The notes: generated from the letters alone by a model not told the origin. Shown: positions 9,265-19,376, numbered from the stretch's first letter. The stretch: DNA of 56,651 nt from Candidatus Aminicenantes bacterium (GCA_026991555.1 JALXBI010000064.1:1-56651); one strand, 5' to 3'. Translations and numbers: made by a program.

Positions 9265-10373
9265 GAATCTCGGTCCTGGGAAGCACAGGGGTAATCGGCA
9301 CCTTAACCCTGGAACTGGCGGAGAAATATTCCGTGGAAGTGGTTGCCTTGGCTGCGGGAAGGAATTTGAGCAAGCTCAGCGAGCAGACTCACCGTTTCCG
9401 GCCCAAATATGTAGCGGTTCAGAGGAGGGAGGATGCGGAAAAATTGGGAAAGGGGGTTCTTTGGGGAAGGGAAGGACTCAACGCCCTTGCCACCTTGGAT
9501 GAGGCGGACCTGGTGGTCATAGGAGTTTCAGGAACAGCAGGAATAGAACCCACCTACATGGCAGCCAAAGCAGGGAAAAGAATAGCCTTAGCCAACAAGG
9601 AGTCCATGGTCAGCGGGGGAAAGGTCATAGGCGAGGCAGCTAAGGAAAATTCAGCTGTGATAATTCCCGTGGACAGCGAACACAGCAGCCTTTTCCAGCT
9701 CCTGCTTTTTCCCGAGCAGCCCCAGGAAATTTTCCTTACCGCCTCAGGCGGACCTTTTTTCCGGGGAAGGCCGCAGGTCATCAGAATAGAGGATGTGCTT
9801 TCCCATCCCACCTGGAGGATGGGGAAAAAAATAACCGTGGACTCAGCCACCCTAATGAATAAAGCCTTTGAAATGGTGGAGGCCCGGTGGCTTTTCAATT
9901 TCCCTCCGGAGCGCATAAAAGTGCTAATTCACCCTCAATCAGCGGTTCACGCCCTGGCCAGGATGAAGGATGGAACCCTTTTCGCCCACATGGGCCCTGC
10001 GGACATGAGGCTTCCCATACAATACGCGCTTTTCTATCCAGAGAGAAAACCCCCTCCATCCCCTCCCCTGAATTTGGAAAACCTGGGTCATCTTGAATTT
10101 TATCCGGCCCCTCCGGAGAAATACCCTGCCATAGAACTCGGATATCGTATGATGCAGGAGGCCTGTTCTTTGGCCGCCGTCATAAACGGAGCCAACGATT
10201 TCGCTGTGGAAAGCTTCCTGGAAGGGAAATTGAACTTTGACCGAATTCTGGATGTTATAATAGAAGTTTCAAAGGTTCACAGGCCCTATCCTTTAAGGAC
10301 CATAGAGGAGGTTCTGGAAGCTGTAAAAGAAGGCAGGGAGAGGGCTAAAGAAATTTCCGGAGTAAAGGAATGA
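9261..10373 (+). CDS. dxr: 1-deoxy-D-xylulose-5-phosphate reductoisomerase
   Basis: LGSTGVIG, LANKES, PVDSEHS, LTASGGPF, HPTWRMGKKITVDSATLMNK. Confidence 0.95.
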   Translation: MRISVLGSTGVIGTLTLELAEKYSVEVVALAAGRNLSKLSEQTHRFRPKYVAVQRREDAEKLGKGVLWGREGLNALATLDEADLVVIGVSGTAGIEPTYMAAKAGKRIALANKESMVSGGKVIGEAAKENSAVIIPVDSEHSSLFQLLLFPEQPQEIFLTASGGPFFRGRPQVIRIEDVLSHPTWRMGKKITVDSATLMNKAFEMVEARWLFNFPPERIKVLIHPQSAVHALARMKDGTLFAHMGPADMRLPIQYALFYPERKPPPSPPLNLENLGHLEFYPAPPEKYPAIELGYRMMQEACSLAAVINGANDFAVESFLEGKLNFDRILDVIIEVSKVHRPYPLRTIEEVLEAVKEGRERAKEISGVKE

Positions 10374-11662
10374 GCGGATTAATTTCCAACATTTTCTGGT
10401 TCTTGGTGCTTTTCACCATAATAGTCATTGTTCACGAAGCGGGACACTTCGCCACAGCTAAACTCCTGGGAATCTGGGTGGAGGTCTTCTCCTTAGGGTT
10501 CGGGCCTAAACTGGTTTCCTTCAAGAAAAGGGAAACCGAATACCGTTTAAGCCTCATTCCCTTGGGAGGATATGTCAGGCTATACGGGGAAGAAAAGGCT
10601 ACCGGGGACCCAAGGGAATTCCTTTCAAGGCCAAGGTGGCAGAAGCTCCTGGTTCTGGTAATGGGCCCCCTCATGAATGTGGCCCTGGCCGTGGCGGTTA
10701 TGGGGTTCGTTTATATGAGGGGTCTTCAGGAACCTGCCATTTACTCGCAGCCGGTTAAGGTGGGCTGGGTAGAGCCCTCCTCCCCTGCGGAAAAGGCCGG
10801 GATTCTCCCCGGGGATTTGATAGTGGAAGTAGGGGGAAAGAAACACCCCACCTGGAAGGATTTGCGGATCCTCATTTCAACCAGCGCAGGCCATCCCCTG
10901 AAAATTAAGATAAAAAGGAATGGAAAACTCCTGGAAACAACCCTTATTCCCAAAAGGGTGGGAAGATACGATCTTGGTTATTCAGGCATTTATCCCCCCT
11001 TAAAGGCCATCATAGGTTCTGTAGTTCCTGGAAAACCTGCTGCTAAGGCGGGACTGAGGGCCGGAGACGAAATTCTTGAAGTGAACGGAATAAAGGTAAA
11101 GGATTTTTACCACCTCCGCCAGCTTATACAGGCCTCGGCAGGCCAAGTTCTTAATTTAAAGGTAAAGAGAGGGGCTAAGATCATCATCCTGAGTGTAAAG
11201 CCTGAAAAACAGGGCGACAGATGGGTTCTTGGGTTCTTTCCCTATCAACCCGTGGTCACCGTTAAATATCCTCTCTTCAAGGCCCTTTTAAAAAGTGTAA
11301 AGGATAACCTTTACTACACCACCATGACCTTTGAAGTTCTCGGAAAACTGATTGCAGGAAAGCTTTCTCCCAGGACCCTTTCAGGCCCCTTAGACATAGC
11401 ACAATTTTCCTCAGCCACTGCCCAGGCCGGCCTTATACCCTTCCTGAGCTTCCTTGCCTTCGTTTCCCTTCAGCTGGCCATTATAAACCTTCTACCCATT
11501 CCGGGCCTGGACGGGGGCCAGATGTTCATCCTGATTATAGAGGCCATTATAGGAAGGGAATTGAGCGACAAAGCCAAGGAGTGGATTCTCAGGGTGGGTT
11601 TTGCCCTAATAATTCTACTTTCCCTCTTTGCCATTCTTAACGACATCCTTAAAAGGATATGA
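10370..11662 (+). CDS. rseP: RIP metalloprotease with two PDZ domains
   Basis: HEAGH, PLGGYV, two PDZ repeats, LSGP, NLLPIPGLDGG. Confidence 0.95.
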   Translation: MSGLISNIFWFLVLFTIIVIVHEAGHFATAKLLGIWVEVFSLGFGPKLVSFKKRETEYRLSLIPLGGYVRLYGEEKATGDPREFLSRPRWQKLLVLVMGPLMNVALAVAVMGFVYMRGLQEPAIYSQPVKVGWVEPSSPAEKAGILPGDLIVEVGGKKHPTWKDLRILISTSAGHPLKIKIKRNGKLLETTLIPKRVGRYDLGYSGIYPPLKAIIGSVVPGKPAAKAGLRAGDEILEVNGIKVKDFYHLRQLIQASAGQVLNLKVKRGAKIIILSVKPEKQGDRWVLGFFPYQPVVTVKYPLFKALLKSVKDNLYYTTMTFEVLGKLIAGKLSPRTLSGPLDIAQFSSATAQAGLIPFLSFLAFVSLQLAIINLLPIPGLDGGQMFILIIEAIIGRELSDKAKEWILRVGFALIILLSLFAILNDILKRI

Positions 11663-12732
11663 GGAAAAGCATCCAGATAAGGGTGGGGAAGGTAACCATA
11701 GGGGGAGGAGCACCTGTAAGGGTTCAGTCCATGACGAAAACCGACACCGGGGACTGGAAAGCCACCCTTGCGCAGATAAAGGAACTGGCAGAGGCAGGAT
11801 GCGAGATAATAAGGGTAGCGGTCCCCTCAAAAAATGTTCTTCCTTCCTTTGAGAAGATTGCCGAAAAATCACCCATCCCCGTGATTGCCGATATTCATTA
11901 CGATTGGAGACTGGCGGTGGAGGCAGCGAAATTGGGAGCAGCCGGCCTTAGAATAAACCCGGGAAACATTGGCGAGGAGTGGAAATTAGAGAAGATTATA
12001 GAGGCAGCCCGGGAGGCAGAAATACCCATAAGAATAGGGGTAAATTCCGGATCCCTTCCTAAGGAAATTCTGGAAAAGCACGGTAAAGCCTCTGCCGACG
12101 CCATGGTGGAGACAGCTCTCCAGCACATAAAATTCTTCGAAAAAAGGGGATTCAGAAACATAAAGGTTTCCTTGAAGGCCTCGGATGTTTCAAGGACCGT
12201 AGCTGCCTACAGGAAAATTGCCCCGTTAATTCCCTATCCCCTTCATGTGGGAGTCACAGAGGCCGGCACCCTGCTTACTGGAACTGTAAAGTCCTCCATT
12301 GGCATAGGCATGCTCCTGGCAGAGGGCATTGGCGAGACCATAAGGGTTTCCTTAGCAGCCCCTCCCATTTACGAGGTCAAGGTGGGCTGGGAAATCCTTA
12401 AGGCCTTAGGTCTGAGGCAAAGGGGGGTGGAATTAATAGCCTGCCCCACCTGCGGAAGACTGGAAGTGGACCTTCTTCCCATAGTGGACGAGATAGAACG
12501 GAGGCTTGAAAGCCTGGATGTTCCCCTCAAGGTGGCGGTGATGGGCTGTGTGGTTAACGGACCTGGGGAGGCCAAGGAGGCGGATATAGGCCTTGCCTGC
12601 GGAAGGGGAGTGGGAATAATATTTGAAAAGGGCAGGCTGGTGGAGAGGGTTGAGGAGGGGGAGATGGTGGAAAAATTCGTTAAAAGGGTCTTTTCCTTAG
12701 CCAAGAGGCTCAAAAATGAAAAAAACCCTTGA
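11659..12732 (+). CDS. ispG: (E)-4-hydroxy-3-methylbut-2-enyl-diphosphate synthase
   Basis: VRVQSMT, ADIHY, RINPGN, RIGVNSGSL, LHVGVTEAG, CPTCGR, GCVVNGPGE. Confidence 0.96.
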   Translation: MRKSIQIRVGKVTIGGGAPVRVQSMTKTDTGDWKATLAQIKELAEAGCEIIRVAVPSKNVLPSFEKIAEKSPIPVIADIHYDWRLAVEAAKLGAAGLRINPGNIGEEWKLEKIIEAAREAEIPIRIGVNSGSLPKEILEKHGKASADAMVETALQHIKFFEKRGFRNIKVSLKASDVSRTVAAYRKIAPLIPYPLHVGVTEAGTLLTGTVKSSIGIGMLLAEGIGETIRVSLAAPPIYEVKVGWEILKALGLRQRGVELIACPTCGRLEVDLLPIVDEIERRLESLDVPLKVAVMGCVVNGPGEAKEADIGLACGRGVGIIFEKGRLVERVEEGEMVEKFVKRVFSLAKRLKNEKNP

Positions 12733-13627
12733 CCGGCTTTACGAAAACTGCCCGGAAAAACCCCTGAAGCCCCCTATTCTCATTTTAAGCGATCTGCACA
12801 TGGGGGACGGTGGAGGTAGCGACGATTTTAAGGCCAATTCAGGAATTTACTTGGCGCTGCTCAGGGAATATTTCCCTAAGGGCCATACCCTGGTTCTTCT
12901 GGGAGACATTGAGGAATTGTGGGAGGATGATCTTGTGGACATATTATTGACCTACCCTGAAATCTTTTCCTGGCACAAAAAATTCCACCAGGAAGGAAGA
13001 CTTATAAAAATCGTGGGAAACCATGACATCTTCCTTGAAGAGAGGAAATTTTTCGCAAGAGCAAAGGCGGTTTTGCGGAAAAGGGGACTTGAGGAATTAT
13101 ACGACCTTCTCCCTCCTCCTTCCCTCCCTGCCTTGAAGATGAAACTGGAGGAAGGGGAGATTTTCTTATTCCACGGACATCAGCTGGATTTTTTAAGCAA
13201 CGCGCTATGGAAGCTGAGCCGGTTCTTCGTGAGGTATCTCTGGAAACCCATACAGATAATGTTGAGGGTAAGCACAGCCAGCCCTGCCAAGGGAAGCAGA
13301 AAAAGGAGGGCCTTAGAAAGGGAATATTACAAGTGGGCAGAAAAAAGGAGGAAGGTTATCGTTTGCGGACACACCCACAGGGCCATGTTCGCATCTTCTA
13401 TTGGGAAGCAGGAAACAACAGGGGAAGTTTACAGGATGAGCCTTCCCGTATATTTCAACTCCGGTTGCGGGATTTACACCGACGGTAAAATAACGGCCAT
13501 AGAGATTTCCCACGGGAAAATAAGGCTCCTTGCCTTTTACCTGCAGGATGGGAAATTAAAGGCGGAAGTGCTGGGGGAAGATAGCCTGAGCAAAATCTTC
13601 AAATCAGTTTACCCCCAAAAGCCTTAG
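12716..13627 (+). CDS. Calcineurin-like metallophosphoesterase (LpxH/YbbF-like)
   Basis: All five metallophosphoesterase motifs: SDLH, GDIEELW, GNHD, HGH, GHTH. Confidence 0.8.
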   Translation: MKKTLDRLYENCPEKPLKPPILILSDLHMGDGGGSDDFKANSGIYLALLREYFPKGHTLVLLGDIEELWEDDLVDILLTYPEIFSWHKKFHQEGRLIKIVGNHDIFLEERKFFARAKAVLRKRGLEELYDLLPPPSLPALKMKLEEGEIFLFHGHQLDFLSNALWKLSRFFVRYLWKPIQIMLRVSTASPAKGSRKRRALEREYYKWAEKRRKVIVCGHTHRAMFASSIGKQETTGEVYRMSLPVYFNSGCGIYTDGKITAIEISHGKIRLLAFYLQDGKLKAEVLGEDSLSKIFKSVYPQKP

Positions 13628-14344
13628 GGCCTCCCGGGAAATTTTCTCCACCGGCAGATCAAACTTCCTGTGGGCTAAGGGGTCCAGATAGGTTTCCCCC
13701 AAGTTTATTATCACCAACTTGCCTCCGTGGGCTAAGGTATATTCCGGCAGGGATGAGGCAGGATAAACCGCAAGGGAAGAACCCATAACAAGGCAAAGGT
13801 CCGCGGATGAGGCCGCTTTTATGGCCTCATAAAGGGCACGGGAAGGGAGGGGCTCCCCGAAAAACACCACATCCGGTTTTATAACCCCTCCACAGGAACA
13901 GCGGGGAACTCTGCCGCGGAGGGCCTCCTGCAGGTAATCTTCCTTGGAGAAGCTTCTGCCGCAGGAAAGGCAGTGGGCAGCTTCCAGGCTACCGTGAAGT
14001 TCCACCACCTTCCTGTTTCCTGCCTTCTGGTGAAGCCCGTCTATGTTCTGGGTGGCCACTAATTTAACCCTTCCCCTCCTCTCCAGCTCTGCTATAAGGT
14101 AATGGGCTGGATTGGGCTCGGCATCAAGGATTATTTTAAGCATGGGACCTATCTGGCGGTAGAAGAAGGAGGGGTCCTTTTTAAACCTCTCTATGCTGAA
14201 AACCTCCGGGCTTATCCTTTCATATAGACCGCCCTTTCCCCTGAAATCGGGAATACCGCTGGGGGTGCTGACCCCGGCTCCGGTCAGGACGAAGACTTCC
14301 CTCGCCCCTTCCAAGATTTTAAGGAGTTCCTCTGCTTCCCTCAT
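13604..14344 (-). CDS. cobB: Sir2-family NAD-dependent protein deacylase
   Basis: GAGVSTPSGIPDFRG, TQNIDGLH, HGS, CLSC...CSC zinc site, KPDVVFFGE, GSSLAVYPA. Confidence 0.93.
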   Translation of the reverse strand: MREAEELLKILEGAREVFVLTGAGVSTPSGIPDFRGKGGLYERISPEVFSIERFKKDPSFFYRQIGPMLKIILDAEPNPAHYLIAELERRGRVKLVATQNIDGLHQKAGNRKVVELHGSLEAAHCLSCGRSFSKEDYLQEALRGRVPRCSCGGVIKPDVVFFGEPLPSRALYEAIKAASSADLCLVMGSSLAVYPASSLPEYTLAHGGKLVIINLGETYLDPLAHRKFDLPVEKISREALRLLGVN

Positions 14345-14349
14345 GGGGA

Positions 14350-14373
14350 AAGGGAGGGATTACCCCCTCCCTT
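14350..14373 (-). terminator. Stem-loop between the SGNH gene stop and the cobB start (terminator or translational attenuator)
   Basis: Minus strand: AAGGGAGGG-ggtaat-CCCTCCCTT, a 9-bp perfect stem, followed by tcccc-ATG. The U-tract is weak. Confidence 0.45.
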
Positions 14374-14380
14374 GAAAATA

Positions 14381-15613
14381 TTATTTCCTTACCGTAAGGG
14401 CCCTCACCATGTTTTTCACCGCAAGAGATGCGGCTCTGCTTCCCGATGGGGTTCTGGGGCTGGACCAAAGATACTGAGAAATGTCTATGAGCGGGATATC
14501 CCAGCCGAAGTTCTCGTTCATTACCTTTATAACCTCATTGGCAATAAGGGCATATCCCAAGGTGGAAGGGTGAACCCCGTCTAAGGAGAAAATTCCACCG
14601 GTAAGATACTGGGAGGTGAGCCTTACCCCTCCTACCATTATCCCCTGGGTGGCTGCTTTCTGCATGAGCTGATTTATGTCCAGAAGGGGAAGGTTAAACT
14701 GGGAAGCGAGGTTTGAAATTATGGAATTGAATTTGTTTATTCTGTCCTCTATTACCGCCCTTTCGTGGGCATCCAGAATTACCTCATCCGGGAGGGGCTG
14801 CCCGTTTCCTCCAAGCTGGGTGGGAATCCCATAGCCCTGGCTCAGATATTCCTGCGCTGTAAGTAGAACCCTATCCTCATCGGTAAGGGGACCCTTGGGT
14901 CCTATAAGATAAACCTTCTGTCCCTGAACCTCTATGTAGGGCTTTATGTAATTGGTGAAGGGAATAAGGTCTGTCTGGGGCAGGTTTATAACCACTATCT
15001 TTGCATCGGTGTAATTTACTAAGGCCCCTATTATGGCCGTCATGTTGTTCTGGAACTCCTTAACCGGGGTAATGGTAACCCCCTCAATTACCCTTCCATG
15101 GAGGACCGCGCCGAGAACATCATTGTTCCCTATCCACAGGGTTATTAGTCTGGGATGGGCAGCAATTCCCAGTTGAAGCTGGGTTCCCATGCCCCTGAGG
15201 ATAATGTCATGAAAACCACCATCGCTTACAGTTCCCAGCATGTCATAGGAGCTTGCCCCGGGAACTCCCAGGTTGTTGTAAATTCCTTGATAATACAGAT
15301 TCTCCGGAACCCCATGGGTGCTGGAGATGGGTGCCACGTAAACCTGTCCCTTGGGGGATACGAAGAGCTGAAGAACCGGGGGAATCCCAGGCGGAGAAAT
15401 CAGGGGAAGGGCGAAGTTTTCCACCCCGGCGTTTTTTGCCAAAAGGGCGGGAAAACTAACTTCCTGGTAATAGTCTACCAGGCCCCCGTCCTGAAACCCA
15501 GCAGTAAGGCTGTCTCCCAGGGCGTAATAACCCTGGAAATATTCCTTGTATTCCTGAGCTAAGCCAAACCCTAAGAAAAGGGCCAAAACTAAAAGGGATA
15601 AAATTTTCCTCAT
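14381..15613 (-). CDS. Secreted SGNH/GDSL hydrolase (lipase/esterase)
   Basis: Signal peptide; block I ALGDSLTAG, block II NLGVPGA, block III WIGNND, block V DGVHP. Confidence 0.88.
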   Translation of the reverse strand: MRKILSLLVLALFLGFGLAQEYKEYFQGYYALGDSLTAGFQDGGLVDYYQEVSFPALLAKNAGVENFALPLISPPGIPPVLQLFVSPKGQVYVAPISSTHGVPENLYYQGIYNNLGVPGASSYDMLGTVSDGGFHDIILRGMGTQLQLGIAAHPRLITLWIGNNDVLGAVLHGRVIEGVTITPVKEFQNNMTAIIGALVNYTDAKIVVINLPQTDLIPFTNYIKPYIEVQGQKVYLIGPKGPLTDEDRVLLTAQEYLSQGYGIPTQLGGNGQPLPDEVILDAHERAVIEDRINKFNSIISNLASQFNLPLLDINQLMQKAATQGIMVGGVRLTSQYLTGGIFSLDGVHPSTLGYALIANEVIKVMNENFGWDIPLIDISQYLWSSPRTPSGSRAASLAVKNMVRALTVRK

Positions 15614-15624
15614 AAGCTTCCTCC

Positions 15625-16905
15625 TTAGAATTTATACCCAAGATTTACGCCCAGAAGCAGAGCGTTTATGTGATATGTGCCCTCATATCCGTATTTGCAT
15701 TTTCCCTCGGTGCTTCTGGGCAGACCGATGAGATAAATAGCGGACAGGTCAAGGTACATATTCTCATTCAGGGCCTTCCCTATTCCTGCGCTTATAAGGT
15801 GACGGGAAGTGTCAGGAAGAAGGGGGGTTACCGACTGGGGGTCTGAAGCTTCCTGGTCGTATACATATCCGGCCCTGAGATAAAATCCTTCCTTTAAAAG
15901 ATACTCCAGGCCGAACCTTACGGTTATGTTATCGTGAAAATATTCCTTGGTAGTCTCTTCCGAAGGATTAAGCTCCGGGTGCTCCGGAAAGCTTATGGGC
16001 ATGCTTCTGTACTGGCTCCAGAAGGTATACTCAAGGTCCACTTCAAGGCTTAATCTTTCCGTGGGATACACAGCTATACCTAAGACCGCAGAAGAAGGAT
16101 AGGTAAGGGAAGCGTTTACGCTTACGTCCTGGTCAAAGGGAAGATATGACCTCACTAAGGCATCAAAAACCATGTTTCCGGTGGAAAGCTGGGAGAATAT
16201 AGCCTTTCCGGTATAATCGGCCTGCTGTTTGTGGCGATAGGTCATGCCAACGCTTAATTTGCTGGAGGGCCTGAAAATCAAGCCCAGATTAAAGCCCAGG
16301 GTGGTTTTCCAGTTTGAATCCAAGGAAACGGTTCCCACATCCTCCACCCTGAAGGTAAAGGGGTCGTATAGGGGGATATACTGCTCTACATGGACCTTGG
16401 AAAAGGAAATCTGGGCACCTGCAGCCAGGGCAAACTTCTGGGAGAGTCTGTAGGCCAGCACCGGGTTCAGGGTGAGCATTTTTGTGGCGCTATCGGTGGA
16501 AATGTATCTTCCTGTAAAGTTTTCGGGATCCTTCCATTTAGTTCCCAGGCCAAAGGGAGAGTAAAGGCCAAGACCGAAGGTTAATTTTTCGCTGAGGGGC
16601 TTCACCAAGTAAAAATTGGGAACCGGAAAATACTGGGCCTCAAGGTCCTCCCTTACCCCTTGGCCGGGAAAAGGAGCTTCTCCTTCAAAATATCCTGAGG
16701 GGGCGATTAAGGTCCCACCTAAGTAAATCCATGTTTTTCCCAAAAATGCTATACCCGCGGGATTATAAAAAATGGCGGACGGGTCCGCTGCCCTGGCGGT
16801 AAAGGCAGAACCCATGGCTGTGGCCCTGGTTCCGTGTTCGGAAATGTTAAACCCAGAGGCCAGAAGGGCTCCTGCCAGAAGCAGGGCGAGAGTGAGTTTT
16901 TTCAT
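15625..16905 (-). CDS. OmpP1/FadL-family outer-membrane channel
   Basis: Signal peptide then SGFNISEHGTRATAMGSA...DPSAIFYNPAG (FadL hatch); C-terminal LGYKF. Confidence 0.9.
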   Translation of the reverse strand: MKKLTLALLLAGALLASGFNISEHGTRATAMGSAFTARAADPSAIFYNPAGIAFLGKTWIYLGGTLIAPSGYFEGEAPFPGQGVREDLEAQYFPVPNFYLVKPLSEKLTFGLGLYSPFGLGTKWKDPENFTGRYISTDSATKMLTLNPVLAYRLSQKFALAAGAQISFSKVHVEQYIPLYDPFTFRVEDVGTVSLDSNWKTTLGFNLGLIFRPSSKLSVGMTYRHKQQADYTGKAIFSQLSTGNMVFDALVRSYLPFDQDVSVNASLTYPSSAVLGIAVYPTERLSLEVDLEYTFWSQYRSMPISFPEHPELNPSEETTKEYFHDNITVRFGLEYLLKEGFYLRAGYVYDQEASDPQSVTPLLPDTSRHLISAGIGKALNENMYLDLSAIYLIGLPRSTEGKCKYGYEGTYHINALLLGVNLGYKF

Positions 16906-16957
16906 TCTTCCCTCCTGTGGAATTTTTCCTAAAGAATAAATAAATTTAAATTCACGG

Positions 16958-18619
16958 TCAAATTTGAATCTTCAATCTCCTCAACCGGTTCAGGGCCATG
17001 GCCAGTTCCTGGCGGCGAACCTCAAATAGGGCAGGGGAAATTCGGGAAAGGGCATCAAATCCCCTCTCCGTAACCTCCTTTTCCCATCTCAGGAGCAATT
17101 CTTTCAATGGTAGGGAATGCTTCCTCTGGAGGTCAAAAAGAAGGCGAAGTCCGTGGGCAATAGTGAAAAGCTGGGAAGGGGTTTTTATCTGCTCAAAGGG
17201 GTGGGTATCTATCTCATCAGCTCCGTAAATGATTTTATCCCCCTTAACCTTTATCCTCTCCTTTCCCCGGTGATATGGGGAAAGACCCTCTGGGAGAGGG
17301 GTCCTGGGCCTTGGGGGCTGGAGGGGAGGAAATTCCCCCTTGAACTTAGCTGGGTAGCGGGAGACTATCCTCCTTGCCTCTGCAGTTTCATCGGAGGGAA
17401 GGTATTCCTCCATAACTATAACTAAGTCCGCCACCGTGAGGTATTCCCCGGCCCCCCCTGCCACTAAAATGGTGGAAATTCCCTTTTCCTTGAGCTCCTT
17501 AACCCTCTCAACAAAGGGAATGATGGGCTCTTTCCTTATAAGTTCTGCCATCCTTTCATCCTTTATCATGAAATTGGTGGCAGTGGTATCCTCGTCTATA
17601 AGGAGCAGGGAAGTTCCCACCTCCAAGGCTTCGGAAATGGAAGCGCCCATGGAGGTGGAGCCAGAGGCATCCTGGGTGGAAAAATCCTGGGTGCTTATTC
17701 CCGAGGGAAGGTCCCGTATAAAATTGGATATATCCACCCTCTTCACCGACCTTCCGTCCTCTGCCCTTATTTTTACCGCATCCCCTACGGTTATCACCCA
17801 CTCCCTGCCATCCCCCTCAATATGGTTGTATATCCCGCTCTGAATTGCTTCAAGCAGGGTGGTCTTTCCGTGATAGCCCCCTCCGGAAATAAGGGTAATT
17901 CCCCGGGGAATTCCCATGCCCACCACCTTTTTCCCGCACGGAAGCTCTATTTCCTTCCTGAGGGAGCGGGGGGAAATGAAGAACTTGGCCCCCCTCATGG
18001 GAAGGTCAGAAATACCGCTTTCCCTGGGAAGAACTGAGCCATCTCCCACAAAGGCCACCAACCCCATTTCCTTTAATTTCTCCCTGAGCTGATTCTGGCA
18101 AAGGTAAAGCTGGATGTGGTCCCTTAATTTTTCCGAATTTATGGAAGAATATAAAAGCCCCTGTCCTATCCTGGGGACCTTCCTTAACAGGAGCTCCTCA
18201 GCCTCCCTTCCCAGGATTCTCCTTCCAGCAGCCGGAAGGCCCACATAAAATTTCACTAAGAGTTCCTGGCCCCTGAACCTTACTGCAGAACGGGAAAGAA
18301 CGGCCTGGCCGGGCTCTGGAACCGATATTCTCCCGCTGCCACCGCTTCCCTCCTTGGCGCTTTCCTGACGGCAAAGCCTGTAAAGCCGCCGGTATACGAA
18401 ATCTTCGGTGGCAGCCCGCACCTCTTCCCTTAGAGTCTCCTGGGGATAGCCGGGCTTGGGGAAGCTAAGAAGCACCACCGAGGGCGTTGCAAAGGGATCC
18501 CCCTGTATTTTAAGGAACTCCAAGTTGAACCCCCTGAACCTGTAAATGCCCCTGAGGTTTTTATAGGCCTTATAACCCCTGCCGTCAATTTCCCTTATCT
18601 TCCTTCTCAAATTTTCCAT
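16958..18619 (-). CDS. ABC-class ATPase domain protein (PF09818 / MRB1590-like)
   Basis: Start moved to ATG 18619 (GGAGG SD). IDGRGYKAYK, IQGDPFATPS, SGGGYHGKTT, KIRAEDGR, ASGSTSMGA, LLLIDEDTTATNFMIKD. Confidence 0.85.
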   Translation of the reverse strand: MENLRRKIREIDGRGYKAYKNLRGIYRFRGFNLEFLKIQGDPFATPSVVLLSFPKPGYPQETLREEVRAATEDFVYRRLYRLCRQESAKEGSGGSGRISVPEPGQAVLSRSAVRFRGQELLVKFYVGLPAAGRRILGREAEELLLRKVPRIGQGLLYSSINSEKLRDHIQLYLCQNQLREKLKEMGLVAFVGDGSVLPRESGISDLPMRGAKFFISPRSLRKEIELPCGKKVVGMGIPRGITLISGGGYHGKTTLLEAIQSGIYNHIEGDGREWVITVGDAVKIRAEDGRSVKRVDISNFIRDLPSGISTQDFSTQDASGSTSMGASISEALEVGTSLLLIDEDTTATNFMIKDERMAELIRKEPIIPFVERVKELKEKGISTILVAGGAGEYLTVADLVIVMEEYLPSDETAEARRIVSRYPAKFKGEFPPLQPPRPRTPLPEGLSPYHRGKERIKVKGDKIIYGADEIDTHPFEQIKTPSQLFTIAHGLRLLFDLQRKHSLPLKELLLRWEKEVTERGFDALSRISPALFEVRRQELAMALNRLRRLKIQI

Positions 18620-19376
18620 TTTCACCTCCGAAAAGGGCAAAATAATTCTTTTCAAGAACCTCTGCCAGTTTCTCCAAGCTCATTCCCCTGAGCTCTGCCA
18701 GCCGCTCCGCCACCTTCTTCACGAAGGCGGGCTCGTTTCTCCTCCCCCTCCAGGGAACGGGAGCGAGATATGGGGAGTCGGTCTCCACCAGAACCCTCTC
18801 CAAGGGAATTTCAGCGGCCAGGGCCCTTATTTCCTTGCCCCAGGAAAAAGTAAGCATCCCGGAGAAGGAAATGAAATATCCCTTAGAGAGGGCAAGTCCC
18901 GCCAGGTCCTTTTCCTCGGAAAAGCTGTGCAATACTCCCCTGACGTTGAATTCTTCTATAATCTTCCCCATGTCAGCGGCCGACTCCCTGCTGTGGATTA
19001 TCACAGGAAGGGAGTATTTCTCGGCTATCTCCATCTGGAACCTGAGCACATCCCTCTGTTTCCCGGGAGGGGAAAAATTATAGTGGTAATCAAGACCTAT
19101 CTCCCCTATGGCCCTTATCTTTCCCAGGGAGGCCTCCCGCTCCAGCATCCTCCTCTTTTCCAGGTCCCATGTTTTAGCATCGTGGGGATGAACTCCTAAG
19201 GCAAGGTGTATAAAGGGAAATTTTTCAGCTAACTTCTTCCCTAAGGAGAATTCCCCGGCGGAGCAGGGCACCATGATGGGCCAGACCCCTTCCCTCCTCG
19301 CCCTCTCTATTACCTCTTCCCTATCAGGGTCAAATTTAGGGTCCGTAAGATGGGCGTGGGAATCGGGAATTTTCAT
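18585..19376 (-). CDS. tatD: TatD-family hydrolase (nuclease)
   Basis: DSHAH, GVHPH, IGEIGLDY, HSR, HSF, ETDSPYLAP. Confidence 0.92.
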   Translation of the reverse strand: MKIPDSHAHLTDPKFDPDREEVIERARREGVWPIMVPCSAGEFSLGKKLAEKFPFIHLALGVHPHDAKTWDLEKRRMLEREASLGKIRAIGEIGLDYHYNFSPPGKQRDVLRFQMEIAEKYSLPVIIHSRESAADMGKIIEEFNVRGVLHSFSEEKDLAGLALSKGYFISFSGMLTFSWGKEIRALAAEIPLERVLVETDSPYLAPVPWRGRRNEPAFVKKVAERLAELRGMSLEKLAEVLEKNYFALFGGENGKFEKEDKGN

